Below are positions 10,434 to 19,302 of a stretch of 45,345 bases of DNA, one piece after another. Position 1 is the stretch's first letter; every line of letters starts with the position of its first letter. The DNA is from Rickettsiales bacterium. Lineage in GTDB: Bacteria; Pseudomonadota; Alphaproteobacteria; Rickettsiales; UBA8987. The translations under genes were made by a program, and so were the position numbers. The notes beneath the pieces were generated by a model. It saw only the letters and a list, made by a program, of their open reading frames with translations, did no database searches and was not told the DNA's origin. The stretch lies in the NCBI GenBank assembly GCA_035909535.1, contig JAMHZE010000028.1, positions 1 to 45,345 of the forward strand, read 5' to 3'.

Positions 10434-11092
10434 CAGCCGCGCAGCACATTAATATTCTTCGCGTAGTTATCCGCGTTGCCGTCATATACAGCGCTGCCAG
10501 CAACAATAGTATCTGCGCCTGCATCCAGCACAAAGCCTATGGTCTCGGCATTTATACCGCCATCAACCTCAAGCAGTATATTCTTGCCGCTGGCATCTAT
10601 CATCGCCCTTAAATTCTTCAGCTTTTCAACAGCATTCGGCATGAATTTCTGCCCGCCAAACCCCGGTTCAACGCTCATCACCAGAATCAGATCCCATTCC
10701 GTCAGCGTGTCTTTCAACACCTGTTCAGATGTCCCCGGTTTTATAGAAATCCCCGGTTTTGCCCCTGCATCACGTATCTGCTGTGCAATCGCTTTAAGGT
10801 CCTTCACCGCTTCATAGTGAATCGTAATAATGTCAGAACCCGCCTTGGCAAACTCCCCGATATATTTCTCAGGATTCTCTATCATCAAATGCACATCAAA
10901 AGGCAGCTTGGTGCATTTGCGTGCATTCTTCACCACTACAGGGCCAATGGTCAGGTTCGGCACAAAATGCCCGTCCATCACATCAACATGTATCATGTCG
11001 GCGCCGGCTTTCTCAACCGCAACTATTTCTTCCCCCAGTCGCGAGAAATCCGCAGAGAGTATCGAAGGGCATATGTGTATTTTTCTGGTCAT
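10433..11092 (-). CDS. rpe: Ribulose-phosphate 3-epimerase
   Basis: 219 aa. It has ICPSILSADF, HVDVMDGHFVPN, VMSVEPGFGGQKF and VDGGI. Confidence 0.95.
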   Translation of the reverse strand: MTRKIHICPSILSADFSRLGEEIVAVEKAGADMIHVDVMDGHFVPNLTIGPVVVKNARKCTKLPFDVHLMIENPEKYIGEFAKAGSDIITIHYEAVKDLKAIAQQIRDAGAKPGISIKPGTSEQVLKDTLTEWDLILVMSVEPGFGGQKFMPNAVEKLKNLRAMIDASGKNILLEVDGGINAETIGFVLDAGADTIVAGSAVYDGNADNYAKNINVLRG

Positions 11093-11159
11093 AAAATGTC
11101 TGGTTTATCTTCGCAATATAATGCTTTTTCTCTTTTATTAAACTTTAATTTTTATATAA

Positions 11160-13346
11160 ATGGCTATGCAAGATTTCTCCCAAATACTGGAAACGCTTAA
11201 TAACGAGCAGGCGCACGCCGTAACCACCACCGAAGGACCATTGCTGGTGCTTGCCGGTGCGGGTACGGGTAAAACCCGCGTGCTTACCACGCGCATCGCC
11301 TTCATCCTGCAACAGGGTTTGGCCTTTCCAAGCCAGATACTCGCTGTAACCTTCACCAACAAGGCCGCTAGGGAAATGGTCGAGCGTATCGAATCAATGG
11401 TCGGTGGTGCTTCTCAGGGTTTATGGATAGGCACGTTCCACTCCATCTGCCTGCGTATGATACGCAAGTATTTTGCCCTTGCCAGTTTGAAGGAAAACTT
11501 CGCTATCATCAATCAAGATGACCAGCTTCGCCTGATGAAAGACATCATGAAAGAGCTGAACATAGACGACAAAAAAACCAGCCCGAAAATGATACAAGCC
11601 GTCATCAATAAGTGGAAAGATAAAGCACTTCTTCCAGCTGATGTGATAGATGGCGACATCGCAGGCGATGTCTATAACGTATATCAAACCCGCTGCGAGG
11701 CACTCAACATCATAGATTTCGGTGACCTGATATTAAAGGCCATCACCATATTAAAGAACAATCCGGATGTTCTGGCAGAATATCACCGCCGCTTTAAATA
11801 CATATTGGTAGATGAGTATCAGGATACCAACGTTGCGCAATATCTGTGGCTTCGCCTGCTGGCACAGGGCTCGCACAATATCTGCTGCGTGGGTGATGAT
11901 GACCAGTCCATCTATGGCTGGCGCGGTGCCGAGGTCGGTAACATACTCCGTTTCGATAAAGATTTTAGCGGTGCAAATGTCATCAGGCTGGAAACCAATT
12001 ACCGCTCCACGCCGGATATCCTCGCAGCGGCAGATTCTATCATCGCCAATAATGAGAACCGTTTAGGTAAAACTTTGCGCGCGCATCACAAAAGCGGCAA
12101 TAAGGTAAAACTCGTATCGCTGTGGGATGACAGGGTAGAGGCCAATTACATCGCAGATGAAATAGAAGCCCTGCAACAGATAAAAAAACAAAGCCTTGAA
12201 GATGTTGCGATACTCGTGCGTGCCGGTTACCAAACCCGCGCCTTCGAGGAATGCTTCATGAAGCGCAGCATACCATACCGCATACTTGGCGGCCTTCGCT
12301 TCTACGAGCGCATGGAGATACGCGATGCGATAGCCTATATCCGTTCAGCGGTATCGCCGGAGAATGACCTCGCGCTGGAGCGCATAATAAATCTTCCCAA
12401 GCGCGGCCTTGGTGATAAAACGATTGATGACCTCAAGCTTCAGGCACGTGCATCAGGCATTTCGCTAAGCGAGCAGATACGAAATTCTATAGCCACGAAA
12501 GCCCTTAAGCCAAAAATTCATGAAACCCTTTCCAAACTTTTCGCAAAGTTTGATGAATGGAATGCCGCCTTTAAAACAGAAGACCATGTTAATGTGGTAG
12601 AGCGTATTATCGATGAAAGCGGCTATATGCTTATGTGGCAGGCCGAGAATACGCTGGAGTCGCGCGGGCGTGTAGAAAACCTGAAAGAGCTTCTAACCGC
12701 GCTCACACAGTTCGATAGCATCGAGCAATTCCTCGAACATGTCAGCCTTGTTTCAGATGGCGATGATAGGCCGGATGAGGAGATGGTCTCTATCATGACC
12801 ATTCACGGCGCAAAAGGTCTCGAGTTCGAAAATGTTTTCCTGCCCGGCTGGGAAGAGGGGCTTTTTCCTTCCAAGCAGAGCATGGAAGAATCCGGCCGCA
12901 ACGGTCTGGAAGAAGAACGCCGCCTTGCCTATGTCGGCATCACCCGCGCTAAAAAAGAACTCACCATTTCATTCGCATCAAGCCGCATGGTATTCGGCAG
13001 TATAAACAGCAATCCACCTTCCCGCTTTGTAGATGAGCTTGCGCGCGAGCACGTGGAAGAGGTGAACAGAAAGGGCGTTGGCCCGGGCTATCACGGCGCG
13101 CAGAAAAGCCGCTTCGAGAAAGAGCCGGAATCCACCTTCGAGATACCTTCTGCCGAGAACGGTTTCAAAACCGGCAAGAAAAAGATGTTCGAGAACAGCA
13201 GTCAGTTCTCAGTAGGTGAAAAGATATTCCATGAAGATTTCGGCTATGGGCGCGTTATCAATATCAACGGTAACAAGCTGCAAATAGTCTTCGAAAAATC
13301 GGCAATAAAAACCCTGTCCGAAGACTTCGTCAAAAAAACCGCTTAG
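11160..13346 (+). CDS. uvrD: ATP-dependent DNA helicase, UvrD/Rep/PcrA family
   Basis: 728 aa. SF1 helicase motifs are present: AGAGTGKT, TFTNKAAREM, VDEYQDTN, GDDDQSIYGWRGA, NYRS, MTIHGAKGLEF and AYVGITRA. Confidence 0.9.
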   Translation: MAMQDFSQILETLNNEQAHAVTTTEGPLLVLAGAGTGKTRVLTTRIAFILQQGLAFPSQILAVTFTNKAAREMVERIESMVGGASQGLWIGTFHSICLRMIRKYFALASLKENFAIINQDDQLRLMKDIMKELNIDDKKTSPKMIQAVINKWKDKALLPADVIDGDIAGDVYNVYQTRCEALNIIDFGDLILKAITILKNNPDVLAEYHRRFKYILVDEYQDTNVAQYLWLRLLAQGSHNICCVGDDDQSIYGWRGAEVGNILRFDKDFSGANVIRLETNYRSTPDILAAADSIIANNENRLGKTLRAHHKSGNKVKLVSLWDDRVEANYIADEIEALQQIKKQSLEDVAILVRAGYQTRAFEECFMKRSIPYRILGGLRFYERMEIRDAIAYIRSAVSPENDLALERIINLPKRGLGDKTIDDLKLQARASGISLSEQIRNSIATKALKPKIHETLSKLFAKFDEWNAAFKTEDHVNVVERIIDESGYMLMWQAENTLESRGRVENLKELLTALTQFDSIEQFLEHVSLVSDGDDRPDEEMVSIMTIHGAKGLEFENVFLPGWEEGLFPSKQSMEESGRNGLEEERRLAYVGITRAKKELTISFASSRMVFGSINSNPPSRFVDELAREHVEEVNRKGVGPGYHGAQKSRFEKEPESTFEIPSAENGFKTGKKKMFENSSQFSVGEKIFHEDFGYGRVININGNKLQIVFEKSAIKTLSEDFVKKTA

Positions 13347-13369
13347 ATAAAACTAGCTGAAATTCAGAA

Positions 13370-13675
13370 TTACTGGCCGTTCGAGCCGGTGTTGTTTATC
13401 TCATCAACCAGAATGTTAGATGAGTAGAAGCTCACAACTTTGCGTGGAGTGATAACAGCTTCTTCTTTTGTTTTTGGGTTACGGCCGATACGTTGCGCTT
13501 TCTGGTTCACTGTAAAAGTGCCGAATGAAGAAATCTTCAGGCTGCCAACATTCTCAAGGGCAATGCACATTTCTTCCACCAGAGAATCAACCAGTTCGTT
13601 AGATTCTGAAAAAGAGAAGCCGAGAGATTTCTGAACCTGTTCTGCGATATCTGCTCTGGTAAGTGTATTTGTCAT
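13370..13675 (-). CDS. ihfA: Integration host factor subunit alpha (HU/IHF family)
   Basis: 101 aa. It has TLTRADIAE, SSFGTF.V and GRNPKT.EE..I.PR.V..F, which is an IHF-alpha-like pattern. Confidence 0.85.
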   Translation of the reverse strand: MTNTLTRADIAEQVQKSLGFSFSESNELVDSLVEEMCIALENVGSLKISSFGTFTVNQKAQRIGRNPKTKEEAVITPRKVVSFYSSNILVDEINNTGSNGQ

Positions 13676-13680
13676 TTTGT

Positions 13681-14298
13681 TTAAGCCCTTTTATTTATAG
13701 GTAGGTAAGAGATTATATCTTTTACTTTCTGTTTTAACTTATTGATTTTCATCAAAGCGTCAATACTCTTTTGAATAAACTTCTTAGTTTCTAACAGGTT
13801 GTCACTTTTATCACTCAGTGAGTATACCATAGATTTTGTGTAAATAGAACCCAAAGAAATGCGTTTGGTGTAGTAAGATATATCGGTAGATTTATCGCCC
13901 AGACTATACCAAACCTCGCTCGAAAAATCATAGATGTTACGTAGGCTGGCGGGCAGGTGGGCAGGGTTTGTGCTGTATGCGGCAAACTTGCGTACAGCCG
14001 CTAAATTCCCTAATGTAGAATGGTAGGCGCATATGCGCTGATATATAAGTTCTTCCACCTTCTGGGTGGTGCGTAGCTTCTCAAAACCGTTCTGCTGGGC
14101 ACTGGCAAAAGCCTGCTCATTGCACAGGGCGACAAATTCGGCGGTAAATTCTTCAATGCCACCCGGGTAAACAACACTTATATATCCGTCTTCCAGTCCG
14201 GCCTGTTTCGCGGCATTGGCAAGGGTCTGCTGAGTCCATGGCTCAAACTGTAGCAACTCTATGAAATTACTTAATATTTCTATTTTTTTATCTGTCAT
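13681..14298 (-). CDS. COQ9-family protein (the 'rpsU-divergently transcribed protein' of alphaproteobacteria)
   Basis: 205 aa and helical. It sits divergent from rpsU, which is the defining synteny of this family. The family call rests on context plus a general resemblance. Confidence 0.65.
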   Translation of the reverse strand: MTDKKIEILSNFIELLQFEPWTQQTLANAAKQAGLEDGYISVVYPGGIEEFTAEFVALCNEQAFASAQQNGFEKLRTTQKVEELIYQRICAYHSTLGNLAAVRKFAAYSTNPAHLPASLRNIYDFSSEVWYSLGDKSTDISYYTKRISLGSIYTKSMVYSLSDKSDNLLETKKFIQKSIDALMKINKLKQKVKDIISYLPINKRA

Positions 14299-14345
14299 TT
14301 GAATACCGCTGATGGCCTAACTCCCGTATCCTAGTCAACTAAGCA

Positions 14346-14373
14346 TTGACATTCAAGCCAAAAAGGCTAGAAC
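14346..14373 (+). promoter_or_regulatory. Candidate sigma-70 promoter for rpsU
   Basis: TTGACA is at 14346-14351, followed by a 16-nt spacer and TAGAAC at 14368-14373. This is about 40 nt upstream of the rpsU GTG start. Confidence 0.3.
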
Positions 14374-14413
14374 TAGCCCTCCACTTACAACATATAAAGG
14401 AAAGGTAATAGCA

Positions 14414-14608
14414 GTGGTTCAGATAAGTGTAAGAGACAATAACGTTGATCAGGCTCTGAAGATCCTGAAAAGGAAACTCCAGAAGGAAGGTCTTTTTAAA
14501 GAGATCAAACAACGTCGTTTCTACGAGAAACCATCTGAGAAGAAAGTTCGCAAAGCGCAGGAAGCGGTTCGCAGAGCTAAAAAACTTCGCAGAATGAACG
14601 ACTATTAA
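14414..14608 (+). CDS. rpsU: 30S ribosomal protein S21
   Basis: 64 aa with a GTG start. The sequence [39 protein letters not shown] is a classic S21 sequence. Confidence 0.95.
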   Translation: MVQISVRDNNVDQALKILKRKLQKEGLFKEIKQRRFYEKPSEKKVRKAQEAVRRAKKLRRMNDY

Positions 14609-14630
14609 TAGTTGTTCTATCGAATACTAA

Positions 14631-14659
14631 AAACCCCGGTAATTGCCGGGGTTTTTTTA
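14631..14659. terminator. Rho-independent terminator, potentially bidirectional (rpsU on + and the 14666-15259 ORF on -)
   Basis: AAAA-CCCCGG-taattg-CCGGGG-TTTTTTT. The stem is 14634-14639 / 14646-14651, with an A-run upstream and a T-run downstream. Confidence 0.8.
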
Positions 14660-14665
14660 TGCCTG

Positions 14666-15259
14666 TTATCTTGTTCTGCCAGCAGGTTCCATTTTTGGTC
14701 CTGTATCGGTACCACGTATATTGCCTATTTTATGCATATCGTGGGAAAGTTCATCTAGTGCTTCAGACAGCCTTCCTTTGCTGATATTTTTTTGCAGGTC
14801 GAACAGTTTGCGGGAATTCACAAGCATCCTGTTTATATCAAGCGCCGCTCTTTCCTCTGGTTCCAGATCTCTGTACATATCAAATTCTTTTTTCCCGGAA
14901 GTTATAAGCGCGGCAGATTTTTCTATTATTGCGGCTGTATGATGGGTCTGCTGAAGAACATTAACTATGTTCTCATGTGTAGTTTTATTTATGCGCTCTG
15001 CATAATCCTGAGACCGTATCTTTTTCTTGAATGACTCTATAAGTATTTCAAGGTAGCTGGAGCTTGGAAAGCTCTCTTTGCCGGATATGGTCACTATCTC
15101 ATTATTATTCAGAAACTGAGGATTATGCTCTTGTGTTGTGCTGTTACGCATCCAACTGTCGGGGTATTTCCCCGGTACTATCTTTTTAGATTTAAATGCA
15201 GCCATTGCCATACCCCGTTTTATGGCAGAATATCTAGCAATTCTGGTGGTTTTTTGCAA
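14666..15259 (-). CDS. Hypothetical protein (orphan) at the tail of the lpx operon
   Basis: 197-aa ORF starting at TTG, 12 nt after the lpxI stop. Alternative ATG starts lie at 15211 and 15205. The product is hydrophilic and helical-looking, and I recognise no family. Confidence 0.45.
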   Translation of the reverse strand: MQKTTRIARYSAIKRGMAMAAFKSKKIVPGKYPDSWMRNSTTQEHNPQFLNNNEIVTISGKESFPSSSYLEILIESFKKKIRSQDYAERINKTTHENIVNVLQQTHHTAAIIEKSAALITSGKKEFDMYRDLEPEERAALDINRMLVNSRKLFDLQKNISKGRLSEALDELSHDMHKIGNIRGTDTGPKMEPAGRTR

Positions 15260-15271
15260 TAGCTTTTTGGC

Positions 15272-16093
15272 CTAAAAGCCATAAATAAATATGCCCAGTT
15301 CTTTTGCGCGGGCAAGGGTCTGTTCTCGCTCTATTATCAGGGAGTCTCCTGCTTTCAGTGCAACGCCTTTATAGCGGAACTCATGTAGTAATTCTATGGT
15401 TCTTGGGCCTATTGCCGGCAGGTCTATACGTCTGTCCTGCTTTGGTTTGCGTATCTTAACCAGTATCGCGCCATGTCCATCAAACTGTAGCGGGCCGTAG
15501 CGCGTTAGCAGCGCATCTGTTCCATCTATACCTTCAACGCCAAGCGTTACGCGGTTTTGTACTATTATAGATTGTCCTATATCCAGCCTGCCAACTTCTT
15601 CAGCAATATACTTACCATATTCAACATCATTCATATTATTCTTGCTTGGGCTAACCTCCCCCATTACGCCTTGCGCCGTAACCATTTCAGGTACTACCTC
15701 ATCTACGCATAAAACCTCAAAGCCATTCTCTTCCAGAAAGCTAATTATCTCGTCGAACATCTTACCGTCGCCGGCCTCATCAAGTTTTCTCAGGCGATTG
15801 AGCAGCTTTAAGCCGGTGCCATCGGGTATCAGAGATGAAAATGAAGGGCGCTTCATACCGCCTGCCAGTACAAGCTGCTTAACATTATTATCGCGGAAGA
15901 ATCCTATTATCTTGCCAACTGCGGTAACGTTGCCCCAGATAGCATCAACGCCCTCAGCAACATTTTTTTCGGCAATGCCTTTCAGCGCAGCAACATACGG
16001 CTTCATACCGTGATCAATCAGGCCGTTAACAATCTGTTTTGGCAGGCTGCCTTGCCCTGCAATTATGCCTATGTTGTTATCAAGTTGCTTCAT
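15272..16093 (-). CDS. lpxI: UDP-2,3-diacylglucosamine diphosphatase LpxI (DUF1009 family)
   Basis: 273 aa. It has the N-terminus IGIIAGQGSLP, VLAGG..RP, GDG and IDLPAIGP. It lies immediately downstream of lpxA. Confidence 0.8.
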   Translation of the reverse strand: MKQLDNNIGIIAGQGSLPKQIVNGLIDHGMKPYVAALKGIAEKNVAEGVDAIWGNVTAVGKIIGFFRDNNVKQLVLAGGMKRPSFSSLIPDGTGLKLLNRLRKLDEAGDGKMFDEIISFLEENGFEVLCVDEVVPEMVTAQGVMGEVSPSKNNMNDVEYGKYIAEEVGRLDIGQSIIVQNRVTLGVEGIDGTDALLTRYGPLQFDGHGAILVKIRKPKQDRRIDLPAIGPRTIELLHEFRYKGVALKAGDSLIIEREQTLARAKELGIFIYGF

Positions 16094-16096
16094 GTT

Positions 16097-16888
16097 CTAT
16101 TTCTTTGGCTGGCAAACACCGCGATCACGAGCTGCCTCAATAAAGCTTATTATCTCTGCCACTTCGGCATTGTTCTGATACTCGGTTTTTGCTTTCTGTA
16201 TCCTTTCATCCATTTTCCCTTCTTCAGAGAATATATCTTTGAACGCACCGCGCAGAGAATGTATCGCCTCGCGGCTGAAGTTACGGCGCTTTAACCCTAC
16301 AAGGTTAAGCCCGTTAAGATGTGCGCGCTCACCAAAAGCATTGCCGTAAGGTATCACATCGTTCTCAATTCCGCTCATGCCGCCTATCATGGCATGGTGT
16401 CCTATCCTTACAAACTGGTGTATGGCAGAAAGCCCGCCGATAACCACAAAATCACCTACCTGTACGTGTCCCGCCAGCGTAGCGTTATTCGCAAGTATCA
16501 CGTTATTGCCCACAACACAGTCATGCGCCACGTGAGAGCTCATCATGAACAGGCAGTTATCGCCTATAACGGTTTTACCATTACCTGTTACCGTGCCCGG
16601 GTTAATTGTAACATGTTCGCGAATTGTATTATTCTTTCCTATCTCCAGAAAAACTTCTTCACCTTTATATTTCAGGTCCTGAGGCTGCGTGCCTATAGAT
16701 GCAAATGGGAATATCTGAGTATTATCACCTATCTTGGTGTTGCCGGTAATATGCGCCTGACCGATAATTCTCACGCCGTTGCCAAGTTCTACATTACCGT
16801 TGATAACGGTGTAAGGGCCTATCTCAACATTTTCATGTATCTTAACATTGCCTTCAATAACGGCCGTCGGGTGAATTATATGCGTCAT
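16097..16888 (-). CDS. lpxA: Acyl-ACP--UDP-N-acetylglucosamine O-acyltransferase
   Basis: 263 aa. It has IHPTAVI plus hexapeptide repeats, and the C-terminal helical domain contains GLNLVGLKRRNFS. Confidence 0.95.
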   Translation of the reverse strand: MTHIIHPTAVIEGNVKIHENVEIGPYTVINGNVELGNGVRIIGQAHITGNTKIGDNTQIFPFASIGTQPQDLKYKGEEVFLEIGKNNTIREHVTINPGTVTGNGKTVIGDNCLFMMSSHVAHDCVVGNNVILANNATLAGHVQVGDFVVIGGLSAIHQFVRIGHHAMIGGMSGIENDVIPYGNAFGERAHLNGLNLVGLKRRNFSREAIHSLRGAFKDIFSEEGKMDERIQKAKTEYQNNAEVAEIISFIEAARDRGVCQPKK

Positions 16889-16980
16889 ATAAACTTATTA
16901 AGGTTAGTACTTCAGAAGGTTAAAGTAATACAGAATTATACGCGCTGCAAAAGCCAAAATATGTTACAAAACCTTTCAGG

Positions 16981-17415
16981 TTATATCATTATCATGGCAG
17001 ATATAACGGCCTCTGTAACTACCTTGTCGCCCACATAGGCGCAGGTTTTGAACTTGTACAGGTTACGTTTGTTTTGTAGCTTCTCTACTTTCAGATGCAG
17101 CGTATCACCAGGGGTAACAGGCTTCCTGAATTTTGCAGATTCTATCGAGGTAAAGTAAACAATCTTGCCTTCGGCTTCCTTCATGGAATTGGCAACAAGT
17201 ATCGCGCAGGTCTGTGCCATTGCTTCTACTATCAGTACGCCCGGCATAACAGGGTGTCCCGGAAAATGTCCTTCAAAATGGCTGTCACCTTCTTTCAGGT
17301 GTTTTATGCCAGTGCATGATACTCCATCAACAATGTCGATAACTTCGTCCACCAGTAGAATGGGTTCTCGGTGAGGTATCAGTTCTTTTATTCTTTCCAG
17401 TCCTATCTTACTCAT
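16981..17415 (-). CDS. fabZ: 3-hydroxyacyl-ACP dehydratase FabZ
   Basis: It has LIPHREPILLVD, HFPGHPVMPGVLIVEAMAQ and FRKPVTPGD. I prefer the start at the MSKIGL ATG (17415), which overlaps the lpxD stop by 8 nt. The ORF track starts at 17439. Confidence 0.93.
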   Translation of the reverse strand: MSKIGLERIKELIPHREPILLVDEVIDIVDGVSCTGIKHLKEGDSHFEGHFPGHPVMPGVLIVEAMAQTCAILVANSMKEAEGKIVYFTSIESAKFRKPVTPGDTLHLKVEKLQNKRNLYKFKTCAYVGDKVVTEAVISAMIMI

Positions 17416-18385
17416 TATCACTACCTTTTTTTGCGGCAAGTTTTTTTAAAGCTACTGCCTGTCTGCGGAAGTCCTGAATCGGCACGGCAGGGAATCCTCC
17501 TACTACCGATCCATCGGGAATATCCTTGGTTATGCCTGCGCGTGCAGCTGCCTGCACCCGCGAGCCTACTTTAATATGGCCAACAATGCCTGCCTGAGCG
17601 CCTATTACAACATAGTCACCCAGCTCTGTGCTACCGGATATACCGGTTTGCGCAACTATAACACAGTGTTTTCCTATTTTCACGTTATGGCCTATCTGTA
17701 CCAGATTGTCTATCTTGGTTCCTTCGCCGATAACCGTATCAGGTCCTGCGCCCCTATCTATGGCACAGTTCGCACCTATTTCAACGTCATTACCTATTAT
17801 CACGCGTCCCAGCTGCATTATTTTCTGGTATCTGCCGTTATGGAATGCGTAACCAAAGCCATCCTGCCCTATGCGCGTGCCGGAATGTATTATAACATCA
17901 TTCCCGACTATAGAATTAACTATAGTGGTATTCGGGTGAATAACGCAGTTACGTCCTATTTTACAGCCCGGCCCGATATAGGCACCCGGCATTACAACGG
18001 TCAGGTCGCCTATAGATGCAGTAGGGTCAACATAGGCAGATTCTGAAACAGAGAAGAATAAGCTATCCTTATGGTAGAATTTCTCCACGATCTTCGCGTA
18101 TGAATAGTAAGGGTCGGCAGAAATAAGCAGGGCTATACCTTCGGGTGCAGCTGCGGCGTTCTTTTTATCCACTACGCAGGCACTGGCCTTGGTGGTTTTG
18201 AACTGGTTCAGATATTTCGGGTTTTGCAGAAACGTGATATGGCCTGCCCCGGCTGTATCCAACGGTGCAACGTCTTCTATCACCAGTTCGGCATGTTTTG
18301 GATCCTGCAGTTCGCATTCGCTTATGCTCGCAAGGTAGGAAAGCCTGAAATTACCGTTCTTTTTATAAAAATTAGAGTCAGCCAT
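17408..18385 (-). CDS. lpxD: UDP-3-O-acylglucosamine N-acyltransferase
   Basis: It has an N-terminal LpxD domain followed by long hexapeptide repeats (IGNDVEIGANCAIDRG....IGEGTKIDNLVQIGHNV). I prefer the ATG at 18385. The track uses a TTG at 18400. Confidence 0.9.
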   Translation of the reverse strand: MADSNFYKKNGNFRLSYLASISECELQDPKHAELVIEDVAPLDTAGAGHITFLQNPKYLNQFKTTKASACVVDKKNAAAAPEGIALLISADPYYSYAKIVEKFYHKDSLFFSVSESAYVDPTASIGDLTVVMPGAYIGPGCKIGRNCVIHPNTTIVNSIVGNDVIIHSGTRIGQDGFGYAFHNGRYQKIMQLGRVIIGNDVEIGANCAIDRGAGPDTVIGEGTKIDNLVQIGHNVKIGKHCVIVAQTGISGSTELGDYVVIGAQAGIVGHIKVGSRVQAAARAGITKDIPDGSVVGGFPAVPIQDFRRQAVALKKLAAKKGSDNE

Positions 18386-18495
18386 GATGTTACAATACAA
18401 CTAAACCAATATTTCGCTCCATAGATATAGTAAAAATCTTCAATATGGTAGCAAAAAACTGTATATATCGGACAGGATATGAAAAAGGCGGTTTT

Positions 18496-19302
18496 ATGGC
18501 TCTTATAGCGCGCTTTAGCTTCATTGTTACAGTATGTTTCATGCTGGCTTTTCCTGCATCTGCATCGCAGGGCTCAGAAAAAACCATAACGCTGGTGGCA
18601 GATGAGTGGTGCCCGTATAACTGTGCTTCAGATGCTACTTCCCCGGGTTACATGATAGAAATTGCACGTGCCGTGTTCGAGCCTCTGGGCTATCAGGTAG
18701 AATATCGTGTTATGTCGTGGGAGCGCGCCATGCAGGAAGCTCGCAAGGGCAAGTATAGCGGCATCATCGGCGCAATGAAAGATGAAGCGCCAGACTTCAT
18801 CTTTCCGCAGCAGGCTCAGGGTTTAAGCACCGGCATATTATATGTTAAGGCAGATTCCAATTGGCAGTTCACCGGTATTGAATCTCTCGCAGATATCTCT
18901 CTCGGTGTAATAGAAGGCTACGCCTATGGCGGCGCATTAGATGAATATATCCGCAAGAACTCTGCCGATACTTCCCGCATACAATCGATCAGCGGAGACA
19001 CAAGTATGGCTCAGAACTTCGAGAAGCTGGCAATGGGGCGCATAGATGCCTATGTGGAAGATATGAATGTTGCCAATAAATATTTCATGGATAATTCTCT
19101 GGAAAGCACTTTCAAGGTTGCAGGTCATGCAGAAAGCCCGGGCGTAGATGACGATATGGTATATATAGGATTCACTCCGGCGCTGGAAAATTCCCGTGAG
19201 CTGGCAGAAGCTCTATCTCTTGGTATGGAACATCTGCGCAAAACCGGTAAGCTGGAACAGATACTGAATAAATATAATGTTAAGGATTGGTCGGGTAACT
19301 GA
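18496..19302 (+). CDS. Periplasmic solute-binding protein, family 3 (amino-acid ABC type), stand-alone
   Basis: The signal peptide is MALIARFSFIVTVCFMLAFPASA. It has SBP_bac_3-like features: W.PY, YRVMSWERA, and D.Y. followed by a hinge. No permease or ATPase gene is adjacent. Its stop overlaps the kinase start. Confidence 0.7.
   Translation: MALIARFSFIVTVCFMLAFPASASQGSEKTITLVADEWCPYNCASDATSPGYMIEIARAVFEPLGYQVEYRVMSWERAMQEARKGKYSGIIGAMKDEAPDFIFPQQAQGLSTGILYVKADSNWQFTGIESLADISLGVIEGYAYGGALDEYIRKNSADTSRIQSISGDTSMAQNFEKLAMGRIDAYVEDMNVANKYFMDNSLESTFKVAGHAESPGVDDDMVYIGFTPALENSRELAEALSLGMEHLRKTGKLEQILNKYNVKDWSGN

Noticed and set aside
16319-18046. Long plus-strand ORFs (239 aa and 156 aa) opposite lpxA and lpxD.
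   Set aside because: The hexapeptide-repeat coding sequence of LpxA and LpxD suppresses stop codons in antisense frames. The products are Tyr/Asn/His/Arg-rich with no motifs. The sense genes are unambiguous.
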